Shown here: one piece after another, positions 48,641 through 60,815 of the stretch
Position numbering within the stretch: the first letter of the stretch is position 1
Layout: every line of letters starts with the position of its first letter
NCBI GenBank assembly: GCA_002269645.1
Contig: NIVC01003636.1
Span: 22,500 to 86,499 of the forward strand
Origin: Macrostomum lignano
Lineage: Eukaryota
Direction of reading: 5' to 3'
Length of the DNA stretch: 64,000 bases
The notes under the pieces: model-generated
Told to the model about the DNA's origin: nothing
Database searches by the model: none
What the model saw: only the letters and a program-made list of their open reading frames with translations
Made by a program: the position numbers and the translations under genes

Positions 48641-49659
48641 CCCTATCCTAAGTCTGTTTCCCTAGCTCATTACAATCTGGCTTTTACTAATTGTTTAAGT
48701 CGCTTTTTGCTTCTTAGCTTTGCAATAATTTGTAGGATTAAGAAATAATTAATAACTTATTTAATTAGCATAACTTTTATTAATATCTCATCATTAGACA
48801 ACTTTGCTGGGCATAATAGTATTTATTGTATTTGTTATAGTTACCTGTTATTTGGTATTTTTGCCAACAGGTGTCTCTAAATCAATTATGTACTCTGACC
48901 GTTACTACTTAGTACATGCTAGTAGTATATATTTAAATGTGTCATATAGATACTCGTACATGTTTAAAGTCTGCATTACAACAGCTTTCAACTCATATTG
49001 CAGCCATTCGATATATGCTAAATGTTAATTCATTCCCATTGAGTATAACAATTTCAAATTGTTATAACGCACCGCTTTTGTCTCTGCGCTTTACCCACTC
49101 GGCATGGAATTTTAATATGCATATTTTATCATATATATATATATATATATATATACCCAAAAGTCTTTCATCTTCATCGAATAAAAATACCCTATTTGCT
49201 GGATAATCTCTGTTGCTTATTTTCAAAAAACGAATTAGCATGAATTCAGGGCATTTTTTGTTAAAGTTTATTTTCATTTTTACTCGTTAACATAGCAAGT
49301 AATTCTTTGTGGGACATTAATTTTCAATTAATAAATTGTTTGTTTTATATATAGTATTCGTGTATGTGTGCATGTATTAATATTGATTTTATCTTTGCTT
49401 TTATTGATATCTAAGAGGCCTATGCGAATCTTATTGTTATTAATTTCAATTTAAATATTGTTAGTGTTATTTCTAATATTTGCTGTTCCTTGTCTTGTTA
49501 ACAAACTAACTGCTTTTTTGCTGTCGGCTAAATGGCAATTTATCTACAAAAATAAATATAAAGATGCGTGTCTTATGCTTTAAATATTGATTGGTAACTG
49601 TCTTATTGTGTGTTATTTTGTAAATCGCTCTTTTGTCACTCTTTTGATGTCACTGTGAC

Positions 49660-50150
49660 ACTGTGGGTGTCACTGTGAGTCACTCCTCTGGTGTCATAGT
49701 GAGTCACTCTTCTGGTGTCACTGTTAGTCACTCTGGTGTCATAATGAGTCACTCTTCTGGTGTCACTGTGAGTCACTCCTCTGGTGTCATAATGAGTCAC
49801 TCTTCTGGTGTCACTGTGAGTCACTCCTCTGGTGTCATAATGAGTCACTCTTCTGGTGTCACTGTGAGTCACTCCTCTGGTGTCATAATGAGTCACTCTT
49901 CTGGTGTCACTGTGAGTCACTCCTCTGGTGTCATAATAAGTCACTCTTCTGGTGTCACTGTGAGTCACTCCTCTGGTGTCATAATGAGTCACTCTTCTGG
50001 TGTCACTGTTAGTCATTCCTCTGGTGTCATAATGAGTCACTCTTCTGGTGTCACTGTGAGTCACTCCTCTGGTGTCATAATGAGTCACTCTTCTGGTGTC
50101 ACTGTGAGTCACTCCTCTGGTGTCATAATGAGTCACTCTTCTGGTGTCGC
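49660..50150. repeat. 48-bp higher-order repeat made of two alternating 24-mers, each containing TGAGTCA
   Basis: gagtcactcctctggtgtcataat / gagtcactcttctggtgtcactgt alternate. Confidence 0.95.
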
Positions 50151-50717
50151 AGTAAATCACTTATTGAGTATCGCGTGCTGTGAGTCACAAGTATTGGGCA
50201 CAGAATGCAAGAGTTCGAATACAAGTATTACCGGAAAATTGGAGTAGCGCTTAGCTAAGCCTAAAGCAATTATTCTTACATTATACATGTCAGTGGCACT
50301 ACATCTATAGCTTAGTCAAATATATTTATTGTTCACTTACATTTGCATATTTTGCATATGTAAATCTTTTGAACTAAATGATTTCAATTGCATAATATAC
50401 GTGTACAAGTTTGCCTGCAAAAACTAGTGGAAGCCTAGCTGCTATGGCAACAATTGCGAATATTTGCAAGTTTTCATGTAGCCTAGTAACGTGCGTCCCT
50501 TATCTAAATGAATACAACTTGCTGCACATTCTACAGTGTATGTTTAACTATAAAGTTCATTCACTGCATGTGTGCATATCAGCTCTGCATTTTATTAGTT
50601 CAATTTTGCGCTCTATCTGCTGGTTTATAGCCTCAATGTGGGCGGGTTATAAACACGATATAAATATATTAGTTTTGCTTTTCAGATCGTTAAAAATAAA
50701 AAAGCTTTCTGTTTTAA

Positions 50718-51080
50718 AACCAAGAGACAAGGGCGCCCCACCAAAAGACAGGGGCGCCCTCCAAGAGACAGGGGCACCCTCCAAGAGACAGGGGCGTCCA
50801 CCAAGAGACAGGGGCACCCTCCAAGAGACAGGGGCGCCCACCAAGAGACAGGGACACCCTCCAAGAGACAGGGACACCCTCCAAGAGACTGGGGCGCCCA
50901 CCAAGAGACAGGGGCGTCCACCAAGAGACAGGGGCACCCTCCAAGAGACAGAGGTGCCCACCAAGAGACAGGGACACCCTCCAAGAGACAGGGGCACCCT
51001 CCAAGAGACAGGGGGCGCCCACCAAGAGACAGGGACGCCATCCAAGAGACATGGGGCGCCAACCAAGAGACAGGGGCGCC
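50718..51080. repeat. 21-bp minisatellite ccaagagacaggggc(g/a)ccc(a/t)
   Basis: About 17 units; same family as 21383-21640, inverted. Confidence 0.93.
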
Positions 51081-51718
51081 CGCTAACACTGAGCTACGGC
51101 TCCCTTAGAGTTATAAACATTCATGGTTGCGTTACTGTATGTCAAGAATCACTAAGCAGTTGAAAATGCGCAGAAGATTCTAGGCAGTGAATAGACCGTA
51201 AAAAGCTTAATAAAGAAAACAACTTCACCGCACAGCGCCACTAAAGTCGTAACAAGAGAAACCTGGCAAAATGCTAAACAAAATTGAGAGAGAGAGAGAG
51301 CTCGATTTCTTTCGCCGAGCTGAAAAAATAGTGCCCGGGTGTATGCATAAACATATACGGTATATGTGGCAAGAAGTGTTTCTTCTTAAAAAGAAAGAAT
51401 CCACGTGTGCCGCTATTGCCAAAGGCGCGACTCGCCTCGCGTACTCATTCTGCTTCCAACTAGGCTAGGCTAGAAAATACAGTGAGAGAGAGAGAGGGTG
51501 AGAGAGATTTAGGTACAGAGTGAAGGCGTATTGCAAACATTCTAGGCTTGAGTATATATGCACACACTGTGTATGCCAAACAGCCATTTCCCTGCTTGTA
51601 GTTTTCCTGCAGCCTGGTAAATTACTTTTGCAACACTATTAAATAATGAAGAAGCAGCATTTGATTTATCGATAGATTGATTGAATCCCAACATCAGTCA
51701 GGACGGCAACAATAGATC

Positions 51719-51814
51719 ATGCTGAAGTCTGATACTGACAGCTATAATTATTCCACTATTGATGAGTCGATTGCCAGCACCGAGTCCACTCTGCGCTACT
51801 GCCTGTGGAAGAAG
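51719..51814 (+). CDS. Candidate first coding exon of the galectin-domain gene
   Basis: ATG...YCLWKK|gtgagc strong donor, phase 0; linkage to downstream exons is inferred. Confidence 0.35.
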
Positions 51815-51879
51815 GTGAGCCGCGATTGGGCTGGCTGGAGCTGGGGAGAGGGAGCGGAAGAGGGAATAGAGAGAAAGGG

Positions 51880-52014
51880 GAAGGGAAGAAATGAGAGAGG
51901 GGGAGGGTAGAGAGAGAGGGGAGGGTAGAGAGAGAGGGGGAAGGTAGAGAGAGAGGGGAGGGTAGAGAGAGAGGGGGAGGCACAGAGAGAAAGGTGGGAG
52001 GGTAGAGAGGGAGG

Positions 52015-52088
<74 letters not shown>

Positions 52089-52311
52089 GCGAGGGTAGAG
52101 AGAGAGATGGGGAGGGAAGAGAGAGATGGGAGGGAAGAGAGAGATGGGAAGGGAAGAGAGAGGAGGGTAGAGAGAGACGCGAGGTAGAGAGAGAGGGGAG
52201 GGTAGAGAGAGAGGGGAGGGTAGAGAGAGAGGGGAGGTTAGAGAGAGAGGGGAGGGTAGAGAGAGAGGGGGGAGGGCACAGAGAGAAAGGTGGGAGGGTA
52301 GAGAGGGGAGG

Positions 52312-52357
<46 letters not shown>

Positions 52358-52516
52358 GCGAGGGTAGAGAGAAAGAGAGGGGAGGGAAGAGAGAGGAGGC
52401 TAGAGAGAGACGCGAGGGTAGAGAGAGAGAGAAAGAGAGGGGAGGGAAGAGAGAGGGGACAGAGAGAGAGGCGAGGGTAGAGAAAAAAGAGGGGAGGGTA
52501 GAGAGAGGGGGAGAGA
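51880..52516. repeat. Polypurine (GA)n / gagggtagagaga tract
   Basis: About 640 bp almost purely G/A on the plus strand. Confidence 0.95.
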
Positions 52517-52830
52517 GGCTGTCATCATTCAGTGGTCCAGCGCGGCGATCTGATGTACCAGCGGCCCAGGCTCGATTCCAAGTGCAGTCTCATTAATTTG
52601 GTGCTCAATTGGAATCTCGGCTTGGCTCTGCTCGTGCAATTAACGACCTTGAAGGCCAACCTCCAATTAGGAACAGTGAAGTTTACATGCCTGACGATAA
52701 ATAAAGTTAGGGTCGCTGTACACTCCTGTGTGAGTGAGTGCCTGCTCAGGGGAGTCGGCAGAATGGGCAGTAATGCCTCTCGCCGGTTGTGTGACAATGT
52801 CGCTTAAAGTGCGCCAGGGTGCTCAGAGCC
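52517..52830 (+). mobile_element. tRNA-derived SINE (second family)
   Basis: Degenerate A-box ...TCAGTGGT, B-box GGCTCGATTCC at 52569; 3' part recurs at 24402-24448. Confidence 0.55.
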
Positions 52831-53304
52831 CCCCCCCCCCTGTCTATAGAGGGAGAGAGTAGCAAAGCTAGAGAAAAAATTCAGAAACGATCGAGGTTGA
52901 GCAAAGAGCCAACAAGTTGCTCAAGGTGAAATTTATGGTTCAATAAGTCACATTCAGAGAATTTTACTGTCAGATGATCAACCAAAAATTAACGTGACCG
53001 TTTCTTTTTCGTTTAAAAAGTGCTACAATCTTCAGTGTAGCAGTTTGAGGTTCAATCACAAAGCAAAGTCAAGCAAAGATAATTCTAACAGCTGTTTCGC
53101 TAAAAAGTCGGAGGGAGCCCTCAACCCCTTCCTGTGCACAAACATAAAACTGTCTTGTATAATAAATTTTAATGGGATGCACAGCATGATTGACTCTGAT
53201 AGCGGGGAAAAGTTTTACATGTAGCTGGGATCTCTGCAGATGCATTGGCGAACTCTGATTCGTGTGGTTCACAGATACTAATTTTGCAGTACTGGTAATA
53301 TTCT

Positions 53305-55258
53305 GTCTAACAGTCCTGACACCCTCTGTCTAACAGTCCTGACGCCCTCTGTCTAAAAGTCCTGACACCCTCTGTCTAACAGTCCTGACGCCCTCTGTTT
53401 AACAGTCCTGACACCCTCTGTCTAACAGTCCTGACACCCCTGTCTAACAGTCCCGACACCCTCTGTCTAACAGTCCTGACACCCCCGTGTCTAACAGTCC
53501 CGACACCCTCTGTCTAACAGCCCTGACACCCCGTGTCTAACAGTCCCGACACCCTCTGTCTAACAGTCCTGACACCCCCGTGTCTAACAGTCCTGACACC
53601 CTCTGTCTAACAGTCCTGACGCCCTCTGTCTAAAAGTCCTGACACCCTCTGTCTAACAGTCCTGACGCCCTCTGTCTAACAGTCCTGACACCCTCTGTCT
53701 AACAGTCCCGACACCCTCTGTCTAACAGTCCTGACACCCCTGTCTAACAGTCCCGACACCCTCTGTCTAACAGTCCTGACACCCCCGTGTCTAACAGTCC
53801 CGACACCCTCTGTCTAACAGTCCTGACACCCCCGTGTCTAACAGACCTGACACCCTCTGTCTAACAGTCCTGACACCCTCTGTCTAACAGTCCTGACGCC
53901 CTCTGTCTAACAGTCCTGACGCCCTCTGTCTAAAAGTCCTGACACCCTCTGTCTAACAGTCCTGACGCCCTCTGTCTAACAGTCCTGACACCCTCTGTCT
54001 AACAGTCCTGACGCCCTCTGTCTAACAGTCCTGACACCCTCTGTCTAACAGTCCTGACACCCCTGTCTAACAGTCCTGACACCCTCTGTCTAACAGTCCC
54101 GACACCCTCTGTCTAACAGTCCCGACACCCTCTGTCTAACAGTCCCGACACCCTCTGTCTAACAGTCCTGACACCCCCGTGTCTAACAGTCCGACACCCT
54201 CTGTCTAACAGTCCTGACACCCCCGTGTCTAACAGTCCCGACACCCTCTGTCTAACAGTCCTGACACCCCCGTGTCTAACAGTCCCGACACCCTCTGTCT
54301 AACAGTCCTGACACCCCCGTGTCTAACAGTCCTGACACCCTCTGTCTAACAGTCCCGAAACCCTCTGTCTAACTGTCCTGACGCCCTCTGTCTAACAGTC
54401 CTGACGCCCTCTGTCTAACAGCCCTGACACCCTCTGTCTAACAGTCCTGACACCCCCGTGTCTAACAGTCCTGACACCCTCTGTCTAACAGTCCTGACAC
54501 CCCCGTGTCTAACAGTCCCGACACCCTCTGTCTAACAGTCCTGACACCCCCGTGTCTAACAGTCCTGACACCCTCTGTCTAACAGTCCCGACACCCTCTG
54601 TCTAACAGTCCTGACGCCCTCTGTCTAAAAGTCCTGACACCCTCTGTCTAACAGTCCTGACACCCTCTGTCTAACAGTCCTGACACCCTCTGTCTAACAG
54701 TCCCGACACCCTCTGTCTAACAGTCCCGACACCCTCTGTCTAACAGTCCCGACACCCTCTGTCTAACAGTCCTGACACCCCCGTGTCTAACAGTCCCGAC
54801 ACCATCTGTCTAACAGTCCTGACACCCTCTGTCTAACAGTCCTGACACCCCCGTGTCTAACAGTCCCGACACCCTCTGTCTAACAGTCCTGACACCCCGT
54901 GTCTAACAGTCCCGACACCCTCTGTCTAACAGTCCTGACACCCCCGTGTCTAACAGTCCTGACACCCTCTGTCTAACAGTCCCGACACCCTCTGTCTAAC
55001 AGTCCTGACGCCCTCTGTCTAACAGCCCTGACACCCTCTGTCTAACAGTCCTGACACCCCCGTGTCTAACAGTCCTGACACCCTCTGTCTAACAGTCCTG
55101 ACACCCCCGTGTCTAACAGTCCGACACCCTCTGTCTAACAGTCCTGACACCCCCGTGTCTAACAGTCCTGACACCCTCTGTCTAACAGTCCTGACACCCC
55201 CGTGTCTAACAGTCCTGACACCCTCTGTCTAACAGTCCTGACACCCTCTGTCTAACAG
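53305..55258. repeat. 22-23-bp minisatellite ctaacagtcc(t/c)gacaccc(tct/ccgt)gt
   Basis: About 1.95 kb tandem array ending at a polypyrimidine-AG acceptor. Confidence 0.97.
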
Positions 55259-55269
55259 TTCTTTTTCAG

Positions 55270-55365
55270 TTGAACAAAAAGTTTCTTCGTCCAGGTCAAA
55301 GAGTGCCACAAGCCAGAAATAATGAATCGAGGCACAAAAGAAGAGCTAAGGGCAGATTGCGCAGA
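55270..55365 (+). CDS. Candidate internal exon of the galectin-domain gene (basic, 32 aa)
   Basis: ctttttcag|TTG...AGA|gtgaat; phase 0-0; open: LNKKFLRPGQRVPQARNNESRHKRRAKGRLRR. Confidence 0.3.
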
Positions 55366-55883
55366 GTGAATTACCATCGCAAAAACAGTATTTACATGTA
55401 GTTCGCATAAAAAGTTCGTTTTTCAAGAAAAATAAGAAACTTAAAAGTTAGTATTTTCAGTTTGATACATGTAGTTAGGCTGTCAAACTTCTTCTATTAA
55501 CCAGTGAATGATGGCGCACAAACAATTGAGTATTGAAGCAAACTAATATACGCGTAGATCTGTGTGAGGAATGCCTGACACCCTAGCGCGTGCAACAGTT
55601 TTATACTTAGTTCTTTTCTTTCGCAAATCTTTTCATCAAATTAAATGATGCTTCCTAAGGTGAGAAGGTCTTGTACGTGAAAGTGTCCGTTTTGGATAGA
55701 AAAAGCAGATGAATTGCAAAGTTGACTGTGTTTTTCTTTTGCTCTGCGACGTATCTGAACTTATTTAGAGTTCAGTTTAATGGAAGATTTTGTGAGTTTG
55801 TTATATTGTACAAAACTGTTTAAGGTGATTTTTTAACTTTTTAAAAACTTTTCTATGCATCGTTTTTTCCGCTTTCTAAACAG

Positions 55884-55966
55884 GGCACCCAGTTCACGTA
55901 CGACATACCCGATGGACTGATTGAGGGCGACTGCGTTGAGGTGAAAGGTCGACTCACTGGGAAGCG
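55884..55966 (+). CDS. Galectin-like domain, exon A
   Basis: ttctaaacag|GTQFTYDIPDGLIEGDCVEVKGRLTGKR|gtaaga resembles the galectin N-terminal F..IP.GL..G..I.I.G; possible alternative first exon ATG-ATG-CTT-CCT-AAG|gt at 55645-55659. Confidence 0.7.
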
Positions 55967-56029
55967 GTAAGAACGTACTGTTTATTAATGTGAAGTAAGA
56001 AACGGGTAGGTATGATGTAGTCATGGACA

Positions 56030-56320
56030 GGTAGTCACAGACAGGTAGTTACGGACGGGTAAACACGGACAGGTAGTCACAGACAGGTAGTTACGGACGG
56101 GTAGTCACGGACATGTAGTTAGGGACAGGTAGTTACGGACAGGTAGTCACGGACATGTAGTTATGGACAGGTAGTCACGGACAGGTAGTCACGGACAGGT
56201 AGTTAGGGACAGGTAGTCACGGACATGTAGTTAGGGACAGGTAGTCACGGACAGGTAGTTACGGACGGGTAGTCACGGACAGGTAGTCACAGACACAGAC
56301 AGGTAGTTACGGACAGGGTA
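56030..56320. repeat. ~17-bp minisatellite gacaggtagt(c/t)acg in the galectin-gene intron
   Basis: Tandem units. Confidence 0.9.
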
Positions 56321-56873
56321 GTTGTACTGCTTAAGGGGCCCCAATATATGAGCAGATTTATTACATTTACCTTGCGCACTTTGATGGTGTGACTATCATT
56401 CATCGTTTGCAATTAAATACTAAGGTAAATATCAATCAGTTCACTTAGGAGGGTTTAACTTTCGTCTCAGCACCCTCGGGCCTCTTGCTTTAGTAATTAC
56501 AGTAGTCATGCAGAGGTAGTCAGTACAGTTAGGGATAGGCTGTATAGAACAGGACAGGTAGCATAGGCGATACCTTTATGACTGGACAGGTAGGCAAGAC
56601 AGGTAGATGTATGGCACAACAATAGGTAAGTGCATGTTTCGCTAGATTCTATAGAAAAAAGAAATTTAGTCAGTAAGAGAAAAAGGGTCAAAGAATATTT
56701 GTCGAACACTTCAAACCGACTTCTGTAGGCAAATAGTAAATTGTATTGAGAGTCAAACTTGACTGACATGCATGGCTGAAAGAGTCTTTTCGATGCGTTT
56801 TTTATTATTTGACTTCACGATGCTTTGGTATTGCCTAAGCCTGTTTTAAATCCAACAATATTAACAAAAATAG

Positions 56874-57120
56874 GGTATGCCTGGAGCTCTCGGGAGCGCT
56901 GACAAAAGTACCGAGTACAGCTGCAGCTGACGGCGATGCCGAGAAGGTCGAGGAGCACCGAGTTGTACCGCTGCGACTCAGATTCAGCCGGGGCGGCAGG
57001 TACAAGCTCCACTCGGACTATTTGGGTCGGGAGGCTTCCAGGCGTGGTCGGTTCCGATACGACTTTCAGGCTGACAGTCAGTTCATTGTGCAAATTCGCA
57101 TTCTTCACTTGTACTATGAT
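56874..57120 (+). CDS. Galectin-like domain, exon B
   Basis: aatag|G, phase 2 matches exon A; VCLEL...VVPLRLRF...YLGREASR...FQADSQFIVQIRI...YYD|gtaagt. Absent from the ORF track because it has no start codon. Confidence 0.7.
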
Positions 57121-57188
57121 GTAAGTTGGAACTGTAGTTTCACAACGTTTGGAGTTATAATTGGGGCCTTTATTTGCAATTAGTAAGA

Positions 57189-57350
57189 TTGTGTCAGTCC
57201 AGGGACAAGCTTGTGTCACATGCAGATCGGAGGTTGTGTCAGTCGAGAGACAAGCTTGTGTCACATGCAAATCGGAGGTTGCGTCAGTCCGGAGACAAGC
57301 TTGTGTCAAATACAGATCGGTGGTTGCGTCAGTCCATAGAAACGCTTGTG
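57189..57350. repeat. 45-bp tandem repeat, ~3.6 copies, in a 290-bp intron
   Basis: ttgtgtcagtccagggacaagcttgtgtcacatgcagatcggagg and variants. Confidence 0.85.
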
Positions 57351-57410
57351 TCGAATCTCTTATGTCTAAAAACTTTACTCACTTTGATCCTCTCCCATGA
57401 ACTAAACCAG

Positions 57411-57618
57411 ATCCGCATCAACGACATCGAGCTGATCAAACTCGAGCACGGCCAACTGCACAACGAAATTCAGATGCTGTCGCTAGACGGCGATGCCGAA
57501 TTCACCGCCGTTGACTTTATCGACTTGGAAGACCTGGCGGAAGCCACAGGAGGTGGATTAGCAATCAGCTTGCCAATGGGAGATCCTATAGACAACTCCA
57601 GTCCAGCTAGCGAGCCAG
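57411..57618 (+). CDS. Galectin-like domain, exon C
   Basis: aaaccag|IRINDIELIKLEHGQLHNEIQMLSLDGDAEFTAVDF matches the galectin C-terminal V.VN......F.HR...I..L.I.GD..L..V; donor CAG|gtaaga. Confidence 0.72.
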
Positions 57619-57787
57619 GTAAGACGTCTGTGACCTCCGTAGGGAAATCGCCAGACCTTTGACATTGCAACTTGAAGGCAGGAGTCTGACAATATGCACG
57701 GTCATATACTAGCTAATCTGTGGATAGTTCAAATAAATCAGCCTGCAGATTTTCGTGCTATTCCTGCCATGAAGGCCAACCCATATA

Positions 57788-57897
57788 AACCCCAACCCCC
57801 AACCCCCAACCCTCACCCCTAACCCTCAACCCCAACCCCAACTCCCAACCCGACTCTCACCCCAAACTCTCACCCTATCCCCTCACCCCAACCCCCA
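57788..57897. repeat. C-rich degenerate telomere-like repeat (aacccc / ccctaa / ccctca)
   Basis: Runs of C3-5 separated by aa/ta/ca. Confidence 0.6.
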
Positions 57898-58055
57898 GCA
57901 ATCTATAAAGTGACTACAACACGACTACTAAAATCGATTTATTCGGAAGTTTCGCTTCGTACCTGGTTTTGCACCGTTAAGCACGCATTTGATTTTTTGT
58001 ACTAATTAATCGCATGCAATTCAGTATAATACATGATTAGTATTCTCGCACCTAG

Positions 58056-60044
58056 ACGTCAAAGCCCCCGGTTATTGCAGAGCTAATAGTACCGAAGAAG
58101 TTCAGAAAGCAAAATGCTCAGCAACCAGTGCTTGACACCATCGACACTGCCGGCACGATGGATTATGCCGATGGGCGAGCGGCACACAGCAGCAGCGGAC
58201 GAAACGACGGACAGAAGAACCGACCTCCGAGATGCCAGCCGGCGTCAAGGCCAGGAAAACTAAGCTGCCGTCTAGCAGTTCAAAAGAAAACGATGCGCAT
58301 CCTGAGTTGACGGTCGATTCAGCAGAGCAACGACTGGAATTGAAAGACAGCTCGACAAGCGAGGCCAGACGGTCTCGCGACAGGAGACCGAAAGGACTGG
58401 CAAACAATGACAAGCTGATGGTAGCAGAGTTGCCTATTCAAAGCGACAAGCAGCCAAAGCAAAGTACTGGAGAGCCAAGACGGTCAAAGCGAACATCTGA
58501 CCAGCAGCAAACGCTTCAACAAGGCAACAAAGCTGAGCTAGGATTCGACATTAAAGACTCAGAATCTAAACAAGAAAGATCTCAAAGGAAAAAGACAACC
58601 AAGTCACCCAGGACATCCTCGAAGGCTTCGAATTATTCTACATCGGAAGTCGCAGATCTAGGAGTTATCGAAACTTCAGACTACAGTTCAACTAGGGATC
58701 CAACTCACAGGACAAAGACAGGAAAGTCCCCAAGAGAATTGTCAAAGGCATCAAATTCATCGAATTCTGAAGCTGCAGACTCTATAAACACCGATTCCAA
58801 GCAGCAGAGGAGACAGAGACGCACAGCTGGTTCAAAAGAGCGACAACACAGAGAGCAGCGCCAGCAATCAGACTCACCAGGACTCATGTCAAACCAGACG
58901 GAAGAAAGGCAGAAAAACCTGTCAGAGGAGGAGTATTGCAAAGTAGAGGCACAACAACCGCAATCGATGCTTCCAATATACCAGCAAACGGATGAGCAAC
59001 ACAAAGACGCGGAAACAACTAAAAGAAGAAAATTGGCTCAAGAAGATGAAACTAAAGAGTTGCATCAATCCAGATCTAAACAGCCGTCAAAACGGGAGAC
59101 TAGTTCAAATCAGTACTCAAAATCGAAACCCGATGCACGTCGGCCAAGGCAAGAGCAGGACTTTGCGCAAAATGGAAGTCAACCTCGTGCAGAAAGCGTC
59201 ACTACCAAGCGCCTATCTCAAGTGTTCTAGCAGAGCAGCAAGAACTGCAAAATGCAGAGTCTGTTAAAACGAAGGAAATGCAGCCAGCGGAAGCACAATC
59301 ACAGCAACCGCGTATTTGCAGCAGAAATTTAGAGAGAAATTTGCAGCAACCCGTAGACTCATTGACAGATCCATCCAAATCGGTATCAAGACCCAAAAGT
59401 CTTGATGTGGAACAAAACAGCAGCAAAGACGCAGCACAACCGGTGATAAAAAAACCAAATTCGTTGAAATCGCAGCCACAAAAACTCGATTCTCCAAAGA
59501 CTGGCAACGGATCCTCATCATCAGAAGGAGCATTCAGCACCACCTGGCTCTGATCATGTTGATACCAAGCCTAACAGACAAAAGTTGGACACTTCAAAAG
59601 CTCAAAAGCAGCAAATTCCAGCTGGGTCTTACAGTGTCCCAACTCCAACGTTGCAGCAGCAGCAACAGCGACGACCACAGGGTCAGAGCTCTCTCGGCCG
59701 ACCAAGGAGGGGCAGCGGCGCTGGAGAGGCAGAAGTTTACCCCCCTCGGCGCCCAGCCAACAGCAACAACAACAGAAGCAACCGCACAATGTTCAGAGTT
59801 TCCGCCAGTAAAATCCGCTCTTCCTAAAGCACCCAATAAACAAAGACTTGGCGAATCTAGGGCCGATACAGCAATTCAATCTCAAGACGCAGCCGGCACC
59901 GGGCTCTTATAGTTCTCCAAGGGCTCAGCACAAAAGCTGAAAAGAGCCGACGTTGAACCTCAGCACGAGTTGAAATCTCTGGCTCATACAACATCGAGGC
60001 GCAGCAGTCTGCAGTCAAGCAGAAGTCTCACCAACAAAGACTTG
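58056..60044 (+). pseudogene. Large low-complexity Q/S/R/K-rich coding-like exon broken into overlapping ORFs
   Basis: Acceptor ttctcgcacctag| at 58056, donor TTG|gtgagg at 60044; natural-looking peptide switches frame several times (ORFs 58128, 58232, 59278, 59585, 59556). Confidence 0.5.
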
Positions 60045-60815
60045 GTGAGGATTTAAGGCAGCAGGGAGCGAAATCCTCTAGCAGGCGACGCGTTCTGCTG
60101 GAGAAAAAAAAGCGTCTGCATGTAAGTTGCGGGATGGCCCGAACGAAATTTTTTTAATGCCCTTCAATAGTAAGAGATTTAGCGGCATCTAAATATACCA
60201 AAGACAAAAAGGTATTAATTTCATTGTTTTTCAACGAACTTCACTACAAACGTATAAAAGGCACAATGATTATAATCGTTGCAATACTAATAACAATCGC
60301 CCAGCACTGCACGAATAGTTACAGCTCCACCAGTTGAGCAATAATCTAAAATTAATTATATTATATAGTTACTAACCAAAAGTGCACTGTAGAGTCTAAT
60401 ATAGCTCTTACTACACTTGTTATTATACTACGGAAAAACTGAAAACGAAAAGCATAGGAGAGGTCAAATTAAACTCTCATCAATTGAGGCTTGCTCAATG
60501 AGCCAGTGGTTAGAGATTTTTTAATGTACTGAACGACAATAAAGGCTTGACTGGGTATGAAGAGTCTAGTCAGGTAAAAATTATTGTAGATAACAAGGCT
60601 GAAATGACAGGATTTTGTACATACGAGCGTACATGCTTATATTTGTACATAAATCTGCCTTGCTCTTGCTCTTAACCAATCAGAGAGCCCTCTGAGAGAC
60701 ATCTTGCTTACTGATATTGTCATTGCAGTTAGTTCTGAGCCAGAACGGCTTGTTAAAGACTTGTTAAAAATGTTGTAACGCCATTAAACTCTTAGATCAT
60801 TGAACCAATTTTCAG

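Noticed and set aside
49636-50247. SHSSGV / THYDTRG repeat ORFs
   Set aside because: 48-bp higher-order minisatellite
56815-57309. 164-aa minus-strand ORF
   Set aside because: Antisense shadow of galectin-like exon B plus a 45-bp repeat
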